64,000 nucleotides of DNA from Chrysomallon squamiferum (taxonomy: Eukaryota > Animalia > Mollusca): the NCBI GenBank assembly GCA_012295275.1, contig CM022672.1:32550001-32614000 (forward strand). The letters run 5' to 3'. The number at the start of each line of letters is the position of its first letter. The first letter of the stretch is position 1. The notes under the pieces were generated by a model. It had not been told where the DNA came from. It was given only the letters and a program-made list of their open reading frames with translations, and made no database searches. Below, in pieces: positions 1-22,922 of the stretch. The translations under genes and the position numbers were made by a program.

Positions 1-17
1 CTGCCTTGTTGTTTCTT

Positions 18-52
<35 letters not shown>

Positions 53-859
53 TTTTTCTTTATTTTTGTTTTTGTTATTTTTATTGTCCTTTATACTGTG
101 ATGATGATGATGATGATGATGATTAATATATTGCTCCCCTTTATTTATTTTTTTTTTTTTTTAAATTTAGCAAATAAATAATAATAAAATTTAACAAAAA
201 AAAAAATTTATTCAATATTTTATTTCCGTATTTATTTCTAAAATGATATTTTTTAAAGATTTATTTCGTTTCGTTTATTTCAAAATTAAAACGAAACGTT
301 TCGACTGTGAATATGTGTGTGTAAGAGAGCTTGTGTTATATATATTTATAACATAACCTGTTACTGAAAATTAAAGAAATAGAAATTATAATATTTAATT
401 TATCGCCAACTCGCATGTCCTCAACCACTAAATAATAAGTATACATGTGTAAAAGAAATAATTTTCTTTGTAATTTAAAAATTGTGTTTTGTTTTGATGT
501 TCATAGTGGATACTTGATATTATATATAGTTTATAACTGTAGTATATGCAAATATATGTATCTATTATAATCAACCGTCACAATTTCTTAATTACACAGT
601 CAGCGGGTACACAAAAGGCGCAATTCCTAGACAAGAAACGAGCCATATTTTAATAGGTTCGTTAGCACTCGAGAGCTAACACCTCTTATGCGCTGGGCTT
701 CATGACAACAGTGATGATGACAATATTTATAATAATCATAGTGACATGATATAAAAGCTATCCACCATAAAAACACACATTAACAATAACAGCGGTAATA
801 ATAATGATAATCATTAAAATGGTACTAACAAAGCAAGACAACCCACATAATAATAGGTA

Positions 860-902
<43 letters not shown>

Positions 903-906
903 GTTG

Positions 907-938
<32 letters not shown>

Positions 939-1016
939 GGTGGTGGTGGTGGTGGTGGTAGTGGTGGTGGTTATGGTGGTGTGTGTTTGTTTTGTTTGAT
1001 TTTGTTTGATTTTTGT

Positions 1017-1172
1017 ACATGTCTGCTTCTATCACCAAACACAGGTCACATGGAGGAAGATCCAGACTCTTGGTCTTGTACAGCGATATAGAGAAGAGGA
1101 GGACGTGAAACTCTTCTGTGGCGTGCTAGATGGACTCGCCTTCTTACTAGTGGATGATGTCACTGAGGGTCT
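1017..1172 (+). mobile_element. Mutator-like (MULE) transposase fragment
   Basis: Translation HVCFYHQTQVTWRKIQTLGLVQRYREEEDVKLFCGVLDGLAFLLVDDV matches the CxFH..Q..WRKIQ.LGL...Y......LAFLP..DV segment of invertebrate MULE transposases. Isolated fragment with no full ORF. Confidence 0.8.
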
Positions 1173-1771
1173 GTCATTAATAATTAAATTGATTTAGTAG
1201 TAATTAATTCATGAGGCAAGTAACCCGGTTCAAGTCTAGTTAAAGTTTTTATTTTGACGATCTGAGGCTGAAAGTGAAAGGCAGACGACACTATCTCTAG
1301 TGCAGCAATTACAATCGACTTTATTTTTTTTTTAATTATTATAATTATTATTATTATTTAAGTAAGTTTAAAATGAAATATAAGAAATGAATCTAAGGAT
1401 ATACATTGTCTAGTGTTTGTTTGTTGTTGTTTTTTTTATAAATTTTAATATAACTCTTGTAATAAAAGTGTCTGTGAAATAAATATCATTATCCAAAAAT
1501 AGCAAGTGACGTCACTTGTCAGAATTGCTTCTGTATTTTCATATCATCACATTGACTTGTGACAGAGAACGTAATGCTGTTATCTGATCATATCGGTGTG
1601 TGTTATTAACTTGCAGAAAATAGAAGATATTTTCAAATACATTATTTTATTACGGAAGATTTTTCGATCAAAAATGAAATGTTTATAGCACATAGACTCT
1701 CATTATTCAGTGCTACTTTAGCGTATGATCTACGCGATCTAATGATCTACACCGAGCAAATTCAACTTTGG

Positions 1772-2185
1772 TCTTATAGACCACAGCGCTTTATCTTCAC
1801 TGGCACTAGGGCCGCAGACATTTCATTGTGGTTACGTAAACTCTGAAAACGTAACATATATGATTTTGTATAATTTTCTAACAGTGAACCTCTGTGACTG
1901 AAAATGCTGCATGTAAATAATGGGTGCGTTTACATATTTCCTTATAAACTGACTTCTTTCTTGTTGATTCCCATTAAAGCAAACAATAAAACCGTTATTA
2001 ATATTATTTATTACTTCTATTAAATAACAGTTTCAAAACTGTTGGATCTAAGAATGAATACTGGACGACATTTTGTGTACGGCATCTGACAGTGATAGGA
2101 AATTCATGTTGTACGAGTGTTTATACTGAGACGTTAAATGTGATGAGGTGACATCGTTTCCACGGCCGCAGGTTGCGCACCCCTG
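1772..2185. mobile_element. hAT-type non-autonomous element (MITE), left end deleted
   Basis: Ends in caggttgcgcacccctg (reverse complement CAGGGGTGCGCAACCTG, a hAT-like terminus). The copy at 58277-58712 has both ends. Confidence 0.6.
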
Positions 2186-2493
2186 ATTTAGAAGGACATT
2201 TCTTCGTAAAACTGAAACTGCCTTCGTCTCGTCTCTGATCACGTTGTAAAAATCTTTAGCCAACATCTTAAGGTTACTTCAGAAATTGAAACGAACAAGT
2301 AAAATCACAGAGTGGAATACAGATAAACTACCAAATCGCATACCTATTCAGAAATGAAGTTAGCCATATGTGATGTTCTTATATATTTATCACGCATTAG
2401 GTCCAATCTGTTTTATTACTTTACATGCCTGCTATAGTTTCCTGTAAGTCGTAGATCACGCGCCAAATTAGCACCCATTATTCTCTAAATGTT

Positions 2494-6140
<3,647 letters not shown>

Positions 6141-6420
6141 TGTATTACCTTGACTCCCAACACAGATTAAAGAAGATTTATTTTAAGAAGTATTTTATCT
6201 GTGTTAGTCACGCGGTCAGCGGATTGTTGCAAAGAGAAATATTAAATTGTGTTATCAGGTCTGTACTCTTATTAAACCACTGACACGTGGCTCTATTGTT
6301 AGAAAATTAGTTATAACTGGGAGATGTTAATATTAGACGTTAAGATTCTTTTTTCTTGTAGTATAAGATATAGGGAAAGGAAAATTGCCTTTAAAAAGAA
6401 GAAGAAAAAAGTAAAATGAT

Positions 6421-6990
6421 TATTCTCTATAGTTTAATAACAGAAGGCTTCTCTGTGTGTATCTGTACGTCTGTGTGTGTATCTGTATGTCTGTGTGGTA
6501 TGATGTATATCTGTCTGTTTGTGTATCTATGTGTGCGTGTCTTTCATTGTATGTCTGTGTGTATCTATGTATGTGTTTGTATATGCATATTCCTGTTTTG
6601 TTTGTATGTCTGCGTTTGTGTCCGTGTGTATGAATGTGTGTCTGTGTATGTGTCTATGTAACTATATTCTCTGTAGTTTAATAAGAGAAGGCATTTCTGT
6701 GTGTATCTGTATGTCTGTGTGTATGATGTATATGTGTCTCTGTGTGTATCTGTGTGCGTGTCTTTCTGTGTATGTGTGTATCTGTATGTGTCTGTATATG
6801 CATATTCCTGTTTTGTTTGTATGTCTGTGTTTGTGTCTGCGTGTATGAATGTGTCTGTGTATGTGTGTCTGTGTATGTGTCTGTGTATGTGTCTGCGTGT
6901 CTGTGTGTATGTATGTGTGTGTCTCTAAGTGTATGTGCATGTGTGCGGCTTTTTGTGTGTATATCTGTATGTGTGTTTTATCATTATTAC
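6421..6990. repeat. GT-rich degenerate satellite with ~243-bp internal duplication
   Basis: tattctctatagtttaataacagaagg at 6421 recurs as tattctctgtagtttaataagagaagg at ~6666, each followed by similar tgtgtatctg-type repeats. Confidence 0.8.
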
Positions 6991-8273
6991 CATTATTATT
7001 ATTATTGTGTGCATTTTCTTATTCACCATATCTGAATTTTTTATTATTTTGTTTGATATATACATAAACACACGAACGCAAGCACACATACGCATATATA
7101 CTTGTGTGTGTGCGTGTGCATTTGAGATTAGAAAGTGGACTTGTACTGAGTGTATCTCTAGGTAATAAATTTAAGATAGCCAAGTAAACTTTACTCTTGA
7201 CAAAACATATTAGTAGGTTATGTTATCACTAACACGTGTTTTAGTAATAGATTAATTATATAGGAGTTGAACACATGGAACTATATTTAAATAGATTAAA
7301 AAAATAATATTGTTAATATTAAACAAAGAAAAATCTGATCATAAAGAAATTTAAATTTACAAGACAATAGTAGCAGCAGTAACACTAACAGCAGTTGTTA
7401 TAGTATTAGTTATAGTAGTAGTAGCAGTAGTAGCAGTAGTAGAAGCAGTACTAGTAGTAGTAGAAGCAGTATTAGTAGTAGTAGAATCATTAGTAGTAGT
7501 AGTAGTAGAAGTTTTAGCAGCAGCAACATTTTAGCAGTTGGATTAGTATTAACAACTGTAGTATTAGTAGCGCTAGTAACGGTATGGTAGTAGTAGTAAT
7601 TGTAGTAGCAGTAGCAGCTAACAGTAAAAGTACTGTCAGTGGTAGTAGTGATAGAATTAGAAGTAGTATTATAAAATATAGTAACAGAAGTTAAAGTAAT
7701 CGTAGTACTAATAAAAGTTTAATGGTATTAATATTAGTAGTAGTAGCAAATCTGTAGTAGCAACAGTACTATTACCAGTTTTAGTAATAGTATTTTAGTA
7801 GTAACAGTAGTAATAATGGTTGTAGTAGTAGCTGTGGTTGCTTGTTCTACTTGAAATACAAGTTAGAACAAACAATGTTGTAGTAGCTGTAATATTACAG
7901 GTAACAGTGGTTGTAATAACTAAATATATAAATACCATACCCCCACCCGTTATTTAAACAAACCCGGACCTGGATGTTTTACTTCGTGTCAAAGAGAAAA
8001 GATAACAGTGTATTGTTGATTAGTAATGTTTTCTAATTGACGTATGCAATTATCAGTTTACTAAATAAGGCAATGGTTTGAAACTGACATATCTCACCTG
8101 AGTTTTATCTCCATCACGAGATGGCCAAAGTTCTCTTAAAGCGGGTATATTAATTCACGTATTTGTGCATTTGTCTCATAGAACTGAAAACTGGTTTCCA
8201 CGGCAACACAGTCTGATTGACATCTCCTTGTTAGAAATCACCCAACCAGGTAAGCACTTATGAAAGTTGCATT

Positions 8274-8411
<138 letters not shown>

Positions 8412-9788
8412 GAACACCAATTTTAATTTTCTCGAATATGCGTTTTTTGTCTTGTTTTTTGTTAATTTTATTTATTGATTTAGTTATAATTATAATTATT
8501 TTGTTGTTTTGTTGTTGTTTTTTTTTTTTCTTTGATTGTTAGCACTTTTAGTCTATTTACCTATTGATAACAAAATTAGGAGCAGATTTGTTTTTTATCT
8601 TTTTATCTAAACAAATTACAATTTTTGAATATGTCTTTATAAACTTCCAGAGAATTTGTTAATGCATATATGGATATGAATATAAGTTTTCCTTCTGTTT
8701 TTTTTTTTTCCAACCCCCTGCCCAAACAAATTTTAATAAAATAAAATAAAGAAATAAATAAAAACAAGAAAACCAAAATCACTGTCAATAATATTGGTTA
8801 TTGTTTTGTTTATAAGGAGCAGATTTTAAATATCTATAAAAATGATTCCCCCTTTTCCACATTTAAAGAAACACTTTCACATTTTTTTTTTTTTTTTCTT
8901 TCCTTTCAGTGATTTACTATGTTTATTTATTTTATTTCATTTTATTTTATTTTATTTATAGATCTCTGATTTCACTGAATATTTTATATTGTTTTAATTT
9001 AATTTAATTTAATTTCTTTTATTTTATTATTAATTTTTTTTAAATACTTTTATTTTGTGTGTGTTCCTTTCATTCTTTCTTTCTTCGTTTCTTCAATCAT
9101 TCCTTCCTTCTTAACTAACGTTTGTATTGGTCTATCACCTGTTCCAACCTGTGTATACAATGTTACGGTATTTATTTTCATCTGCAGTGGAAAACAATAA
9201 AAGGAAAAAACAAAATTAACATTCTCGCTGCTATTAATGTACATACAACAAACTGCATTATAGTGTTAAACATGTGAAATAATATGTAGTAGACATGGAC
9301 TTGTAACTTTTACTGTTCATCTGGTATATGGAAGGTGCCACAAGAGGATGTGATAATATTATCTCATAAAATTGAATTATTTTCTATTTACGAGTTTGTT
9401 TGTTGGTTGTCTTTCTCGTCGTTGTTGAAATTATTTATCTTCTCACAATGATGACAAATGTAAATAATTTCGTATTTTCACGGGTTATTTCTACACTTAT
9501 GGGCAGATAGTGTATTAACAATGAATTTGAAAGATCGCTGTAAATAACACCCGAGTATACCTTTATGTGTTCGTGTAGCAGTGACACGCTACTTTTATAT
9601 GACCTTCATAACAAGAAAACAGTCAGTGTTAGATTACATTCACACACTGGTCATGCAAGCTTCGTCAGAGAAATAAGACATGTATATTTATATTCAGTAT
9701 ACTATAAATATATTTGTTATTATTATTATTGTGTTTTTTTGATGATGTTGATATTGTTGTTGCTGCTGTTATTATAATTATAATTATA

Positions 9789-9832
<44 letters not shown>

Positions 9833-9963
9833 ATTTATAATTTAGGTATAAACAATGGCATCTAGTAGTATTTAATTTATTGAATTAGAATTGAAGTAAT
9901 TTATTGTAAAGAAGATTGATATCAGATCAGTGTACTTGTATCTTGATTTGTCTATTTTAATCT

Positions 9964-10021
9964 GAAACTGAAACGTAACACTTGATGACGTCAGTCGCAT
10001 GTTTATCAGTGGAGGGTTTCC
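9964..10021 (+). promoter_or_regulatory. Candidate promoter of the BTB gene: ISRE/IRF-like, CRE and kB-like motifs
   Basis: GAAACTGAAAC 9964-9974, TGACGTCA 9986-9993, GAGGGTTTCC 10012-10021 (1 mismatch to GGGRNWYYCC). Followed by a donor-like cag|gtttag at 10140/10141. Confidence 0.45.
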
Positions 10022-10385
10022 TAACTAAAAGAACACAAAGCAGAAGTTAAAGTAGTCGACCATATTGAACGTGTATAAAATTTTATATTTTCTTATATTT
10101 TACGATTCCAGTATTTTTATTTTATTACTAAATATATCAGGTTTAGTTCTTTAAAAATAGATTTTTTAAATTGAAATGTGAGTTGTATAAGTCTTTTATG
10201 CTGTTATTATTGTTGTTGTTTGTTGTTATTATTACTACTATTATTATTACTTATTATTATTATTATTTTATTATTATTTTTCTATTATTATTACTACTAG
10301 TCATTTTATATATCTTTTTTTTTTTTTCACGCCTTTTGTTATATATTTTATTTTTATTATTTTATTTTATTTCATTTATTCTTAG

Positions 10386-10473
10386 ATTGGTGATATCTGT
10401 GATTTGTTACTGAGTCAATGACAGAAAACAGTCGCTTATAAGAAATTGTCGATCAGGAAGTTGAAATTACAAG
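10386..10473 (+). other. Probable 5' UTR exon of the BTB gene
   Basis: Flanked by a pyrimidine-rich ttcttag acceptor and an aag|gtattt donor. A related segment (acagaaagtagtcgcttgttagaaatt) lies at ~10863-10918. Confidence 0.4.
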
Positions 10474-11079
10474 GTATTTTGTATAGTTTTATATTTCAAA
10501 AACATCACATCTTGTTCCTTGATTTTCCTTACTTATTATTTCTTTTTCTTATATAGTGATTCTTTTTAGATTTGTTATTGTCGGTTAATTATTTTGTCTT
10601 TTCGAGGAGTAAATTGGTGTATAAATGACTATATTTCTACGTTTTGCGAGAGAAAATTCTTTTTTTACTACAGTTAAACATGTCTGTGTATAATAATAAT
10701 TATAATAATAATTATTGTTGTTGTCGTCGTCATCATAATTATAATCACTAGTGTAAGCATAATGTAATTCTTTTTATCTTTTATTAATTTGGTATATATT
10801 TATTTTTTTTTTCTTTCTTTCTTTCATTATCTTTATTTATTTTGTTTATTTTACATTTTAAGTATTGAACAGTACAGGCGTTAAACAGAAAGTAGTCGCT
10901 TGTTAGAAATTATCTTAGGTTGATTATTTTTTACATAAAAATGTTTGTTTTTTTGAAAGATTTCTATGTACAGGTCATAGCTAGATATAAATATAGAAAA
11001 CTGGTCACTGCAGTGTGAGGCGCTGCAACAGAACTCTGACCTGTACACAGAAACATGTTAAAATTATATTTAGTATGAG

Positions 11080-11139
<60 letters not shown>

Positions 11140-11241
11140 TATTATTTTTATTATTATTAATTACATTTATTCTTGCTATTGTTCGTAAGAATTGTTACAG
11201 TTATGTGTCCGAACAATTTCTTTTTCTTTCTCTCCATTCCA

Positions 11242-11305
<64 letters not shown>

Positions 11306-11328
11306 GTCGTTGTTGTTGTAGTGGAAAC

Positions 11329-11591
11329 ATGGCCACCTCAGCAGAAGTTTCAAGTTGGCAGACTGGGAAAAAGCTCACCGAATGTATTGAACACCTCTTT
11401 CGTACCAGAACAGACAGCGACGTCAGATTTGTTGTAGGAGAAGATGAAAAAACTGTGGATGCACATCGCTTCATCCTCGTGATACGAAGCGAAGTCTTCC
11501 ACAGGATGCTGATGGGAGAACTTCGCGAACAAAATAGCATCAAGTTGCCTGATGTTCAGGCAGATATTTTTACAGACTTTTTAAAGTATGT

Positions 11592-11622
<31 letters not shown>

Positions 11623-12867
11623 GACAGAAACACAGTCACACAGACACACACAAACGCAGAAACACACAAACACAGAAACACAGCGCGACAGAGGCACAAA
11701 CATACATAACGACATGAACGTTGATAAGAATACATTTTTGTTAGTAATCTAATTATTTTCTAATTAATTAATCTCCTATAATTATATCTCGTTTCGAAGT
11801 CTTACTATACATTCTTTTACACAGATATCTTTATACGGATGACGTCGTCCTAACAGGCAACAACGTCACCGGCCTGCTGTATCTATCGAGAAAGTACATC
11901 GTCACAACACTGGAAGATCAGTGCGTCCGATACTTGGAGGAGTCGTTGTCGTCACAGAATGCGTGCGTCGTGCTGGAACAAGCTCACCTTTTTGATGAAC
12001 ATGATCTAAGAAAAAACTCTGGACTTCATTTTGGAAAATGGCGACGAAGTTCTGAAGTCGGATGAAGTCACCGATCTTTGTCACGAATGTCTGGTTCAGA
12101 TCGTACGATCAGACGAACTGACAGCAGACGAGAAAAATGTTTTTGAAGCCGCTGTGAAGTGGGCTGACTGCGCATGTACGAAGCAAATAAAAGAGAGGAA
12201 TGGACAGAACAGGCGCGAAGCACTGGGTGAGGCCGTGAAGCACGTGCGTTATCCATTACTAGATCTGACGTACTTTGTAGAACACGTGACACCCACTAAC
12301 ATACTCAGTGAGACAGAAGAAAACAAGATTTTTAAAAACTTGGTGAAGAGTGATCAAGATGTTTCACCTTTTAACTCAAACAAGAGAACTGCAATAAAAA
12401 CACAGGTTATAATAAACCGGTTTGATAGAACTGGTTACGGCTGGTCATATTCTGGTACAAACGATCAAGCCATTACTTTCTCTGTCAACAAAAACGCTTT
12501 ACTTCGCGGTTTTCAGTTGTACAATCACCAGGAACCACGAAACTACGACGTCAGCGCCTTCGTCACTGACACAAGAACAGACGAAATACTTCATGGGTCT
12601 ACGCTGACACAGAGATATGAACATGAGTCTGACGTGTATGACGTCATCTTCAGACGTCCATTGAAGATTACTAAAGACACTGAGTACAGCTTGTTTGTTA
12701 ATATAAAGGGAGAAGTCACATGGTGGGGACGTGGTGGTAAATCAGAAATTGTTGTAGACTCTTTTGTTTGTAGATTTTCTGACTCACACAAATCTAAACA
12801 CAGTGATAGAGAACTTGTTACATCTGTGCACAAAGGACAAATACCTGCTTTGTTACTTTTAGTGTAA
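11329..12867 (+). CDS. BTB/POZ-BACK-PHR domain protein (BTBD1/2/3/6 family, putative CUL3 adaptor). Exons 11329-11585 and 11825-12867; frameshift at A6 run 12011-12016
   Basis: BTB: SDVRFVVG...AHRFILVIRSEVFHRML.GEL...IKLPDVQADIFTDFLK|YLYTD. Phase-2 intron AA|gtatg...acag|A. BACK: QNACVVLEQAHLFDE, DELTADEKNVFEAAVKWA, LGEAVKHVRYPLL. PHR: INRFDRTGYGWSYSG...AITFSVNK...LRGFQLY...GQIPALL. AATAAA at 13224. Confidence 0.9.
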
Positions 12868-12925
12868 AAAACAACATCGTTCAAATACTGTCAGTTTTAG
12901 TCATCACTGGGCTAATATTTTTTTT

Positions 12926-12956
<31 letters not shown>

Positions 12957-13490
12957 TTGATTTATTGATTTGTTTACGTTTTACTGAAGACGTCAGGCAG
13001 CGGTGATGGCGTCATAGACACTTGATTTGATTTGACATTTTCTAATGGACTGATTTGTGTCAAACAGATACGTGTAAAATATATATTAAGATCTCATTGA
13101 TTAATTGTGTATTTATTTGTTTATTTAAATACTTCTAACGTTTTCTGTTTGTACATGAAACAATATTATTAACTATTTCTTGCTGCATTTGTACTTTTTT
13201 ATTTCTGCTTAAAATGTGTATAAAATAAAATTAGATAAATTACATATGTACTTACTGACTGTTGGACATGAAATACAAGAACTGTTATTTGATTTATTTA
13301 TCCATTTTCTTTTATTAAGATTTATATTAAATATTAAGTAAATTAAGATGTATATAAACAAAATGCAAATAAATTTGTTTTTTTTGAATTTTTTTATTTT
13401 TTATTTTTTAGATTTAATTTGTGTTTATAGAAAAATTATATAGACAAAAAAATCAAGTTTTATTATTTAGTTTCTGTAATATTTTTTCTT

Positions 13491-13690
13491 NNNNNNNNNN
13501 NNNNNNNNNNNNNNNNNNNNNNNNNNNNNNNNNNNNNNNNNNNNNNNNNNNNNNNNNNNNNNNNNNNNNNNNNNNNNNNNNNNNNNNNNNNNNNNNNNNN
13601 NNNNNNNNNNNNNNNNNNNNNNNNNNNNNNNNNNNNNNNNNNNNNNNNNNNNNNNNNNNNNNNNNNNNNNNNNNNNNNNNNNNNNNNNNN
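13491..13690. other. Assembly gap (200 N)
   Basis: Run of N, same nominal size as the second gap, so true length is unknown. Confidence 1.
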
Positions 13691-13837
13691 AAGAAACAGC
13701 AGTAACAGTTTTAACATCCACACATTTATACATACACAGACAACATGCATCTACGTGCGCACACAGACAAGTAGACGCGCATACACGCACGCACGAAACA
13801 GACACTCACACACTAAATACAATACTGCAACATTTAC

Positions 13838-20360
<6,523 letters not shown>

Positions 20361-20613
20361 CTGAAATACAAAATTATTATTTTTGTTGTTGATGTTGTTG
20401 TTATTATTATTATTAATGATATAGTTGCTCCAATGTATTTATGTAAAAAATTAATTTATTAATGACATTAACTGATATAATAAGGGAAGTAAAAAAAGTA
20501 CGATAATACCAATGTTTCCGTGCGTGTTTATGTATGTATGTGTGTGTGTTTGTGTACGTACATAATAGTGAAGACTTAAATGAACAGAGAATTCCACGCC
20601 GCGTTGGAACAAA

Positions 20614-20772
20614 ATGGAGTCTGACGATGATCTCCGACGTCGACTGCTTCCGTTTTGCTCGGATGTTTACAAATATGACGTCACTCGCAGTTCGCTGGGT
20701 AAGTGGAAGCTCATGCAGTTTGGAGAACGTGTAAAATAATTTGAAATATGCTGCTACGATCGGACATTGTCG
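20614..20772 (+). pseudogene. Putative first coding exon of an unidentified gene, one in-frame stop
   Basis: CpG-rich island in AT-rich surroundings; aaaATGG start; MESDDDLRRRLLPFCSDVYKYDVTRSSLGKWKLMQFGERVK*FEICCYDRTLS ends at a phase-0 donor cg|gtgagt. A second donor gg|gtaagt lies at ~20699. Confidence 0.35.
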
Positions 20773-21034
20773 GTGAGTATTATTTTTATTTCAACTTTTA
20801 TTTATTTAGAAAAAAGAAAGGAAAATAAAAATAAACAGGGGTTAACAGAAGAAACAAGAATAAGAAGATAATAAGAAAAGAAGAGACAAGAATATAAAAA
20901 TATAAAAAACAAAAAAAAAAAAAAAAAAGAAGAAACAAGAATAAGTAAAAACAATGAAAAGACAAGAACGAACAGGAAAAATAAAAATAAATAAGAAAAA
21001 TAATAAATGGAGCCCCCAAAACAAAAAAAAAACA

Positions 21035-21140
<106 letters not shown>

Positions 21141-22015
21141 TTATGTAAAATTCATTAGAATTAAACTTATTTGTAAACTTTAAATGAAATGAAATAAAAA
21201 TGGCTTTTATATATTACTCTCTCGTTTAACTATTTTCTGTAAACATTAAATATGAAATAAAAGTAACCTTTAAAACCATTTTGGTGTTTATTTTTAGTAG
21301 TTTTTGTAAACAATTTATTATTAAATGAAATAAAATGATTTTGGAAATTAATGTATTTGATTTTACTATTTTCTATTAAATGAAATGAATATGATTTTCT
21401 AAATTAGTGTGTTTGTTCTTTATTTTTAATATTTTCACTAAACAATTATTAAATAAAATAAAAACGATTTTCAAAACTACGTTTGTTTGTTTTTACAATT
21501 TTTTACAACCATTAACTGAACTAAAATTAATTTTAACATAATACTGTGTTTATTTTCTTTACGAATAATATATTACTAAAACTACTAACATTTATATATA
21601 TGATACTGCAGAATATTTTTGAGTGCAGGGTTAATTCTCAAAGGATGTGCATGATCAAAGAGAAACAGTAGATAAGTGCTAGTGTACTTTGACGTTCTAT
21701 TAAATAAAAATTGGATTTCGGCAACATGGTTATTTTCAATGTAGATATGATTCTTAGTGGCTGTACATCTGTGTGTGTGTGTGTGTATATGTGTGTGAGC
21801 GAGAGAGAGAGAGAATCAGAGTAAGAAAATGACAGAAATATGGAATTAGAGGGAGGGAGTTAGAAACGTGCGGAAGTGACAGAAAGAAGAACGGAAAATG
21901 ATTCGGTGAAGTAAGGATGGGTATAAATAGAAGAAGAATAAATTAAGAAACAAAGAAACAAGGGACGCATAACGTACAATATCAATTATAACAGATGTAA
22001 TACATTGTACGTCAC

Positions 22016-22110
22016 AGTACGAGTGTTTATACTGACACGCTATATTTAAAATGAGACGTTAAATGTGATGAGGTGACATCCCTCCCACAGGTGCAGGTTG
22101 CGCACCCCTG
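22016..22110. mobile_element. hAT-type MITE terminal fragment (same family as 1772-2185)
   Basis: gtacgagtgtttatactga...gagacgttaaatgtgatgaggtgacatc...caggttgcgcacccctg is shared with 2110-2185. Confidence 0.65.
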
Positions 22111-22206
22111 TTCTAAACCCTATAATGAAAAATAAAACTCACGCTAAGGGGTCGTTCAAATATTACACAACGCTTATTTTCCAAGGTGAAAACGTCGCTT
22201 GTCCGC

Positions 22207-22239
<33 letters not shown>

Positions 22240-22836
22240 CTGTCATTTTTTTAAACAAAACTCAACCTACCTTGTTCGTCCTCTAAATTAACCAATCCAG
22301 TGGTAATCGCTGTAAGAATCCATAACCATGTGAAAGACAACATTAACGCACAGTAAAATGCCATGGCGTAAACCAAACACACACAAACAAACAAAACACT
22401 TTGTTCAGCTTTTAATAGAGTTCACCATTGCGACAGTTGTAAAAAGTCCTTGGTTCATGCACTTTGACTAACAGCCTCGCCGTCACTACGCAATACTTTG
22501 CGATTCTGTACTCGTGACGTCATGCTGTTTCTCTAAACGATTTATTATTGACACATTTTAAAACGTTTCAAAATTATTTATTAACATTTTCATCTATTTT
22601 TGTTTTAGTTAGATTAATAATAGATTAATAAACAAGGGTCAATAAAAAAAATATAAATAAAAAATAAACGCTAGAGTAATAATAGTGGCAATAAATGAAT
22701 AAATAAATAACGTTTCTGATCATAATTATGGATACATAGAAAACATTGTAATTTGAATAGTAAGTGCAAAGTGCGTTATTGATAGATTATTGTTCATAAC
22801 AATATTAAATTTATTAGTGCATGTTAGTGTCTTTGC

Positions 22837-22922
<86 letters not shown>

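Noticed and set aside
12011-12017. Programmed -1 ribosomal frameshift at A_AAA_AAC in the BTB gene
   Set aside because: A -1 shift gives the wrong frame; -2/+1 is needed and no stimulatory structure was identified.
13421-13805. ORFs spanning N runs (also 34049-34372)
   Set aside because: Artefacts of assembly gaps.
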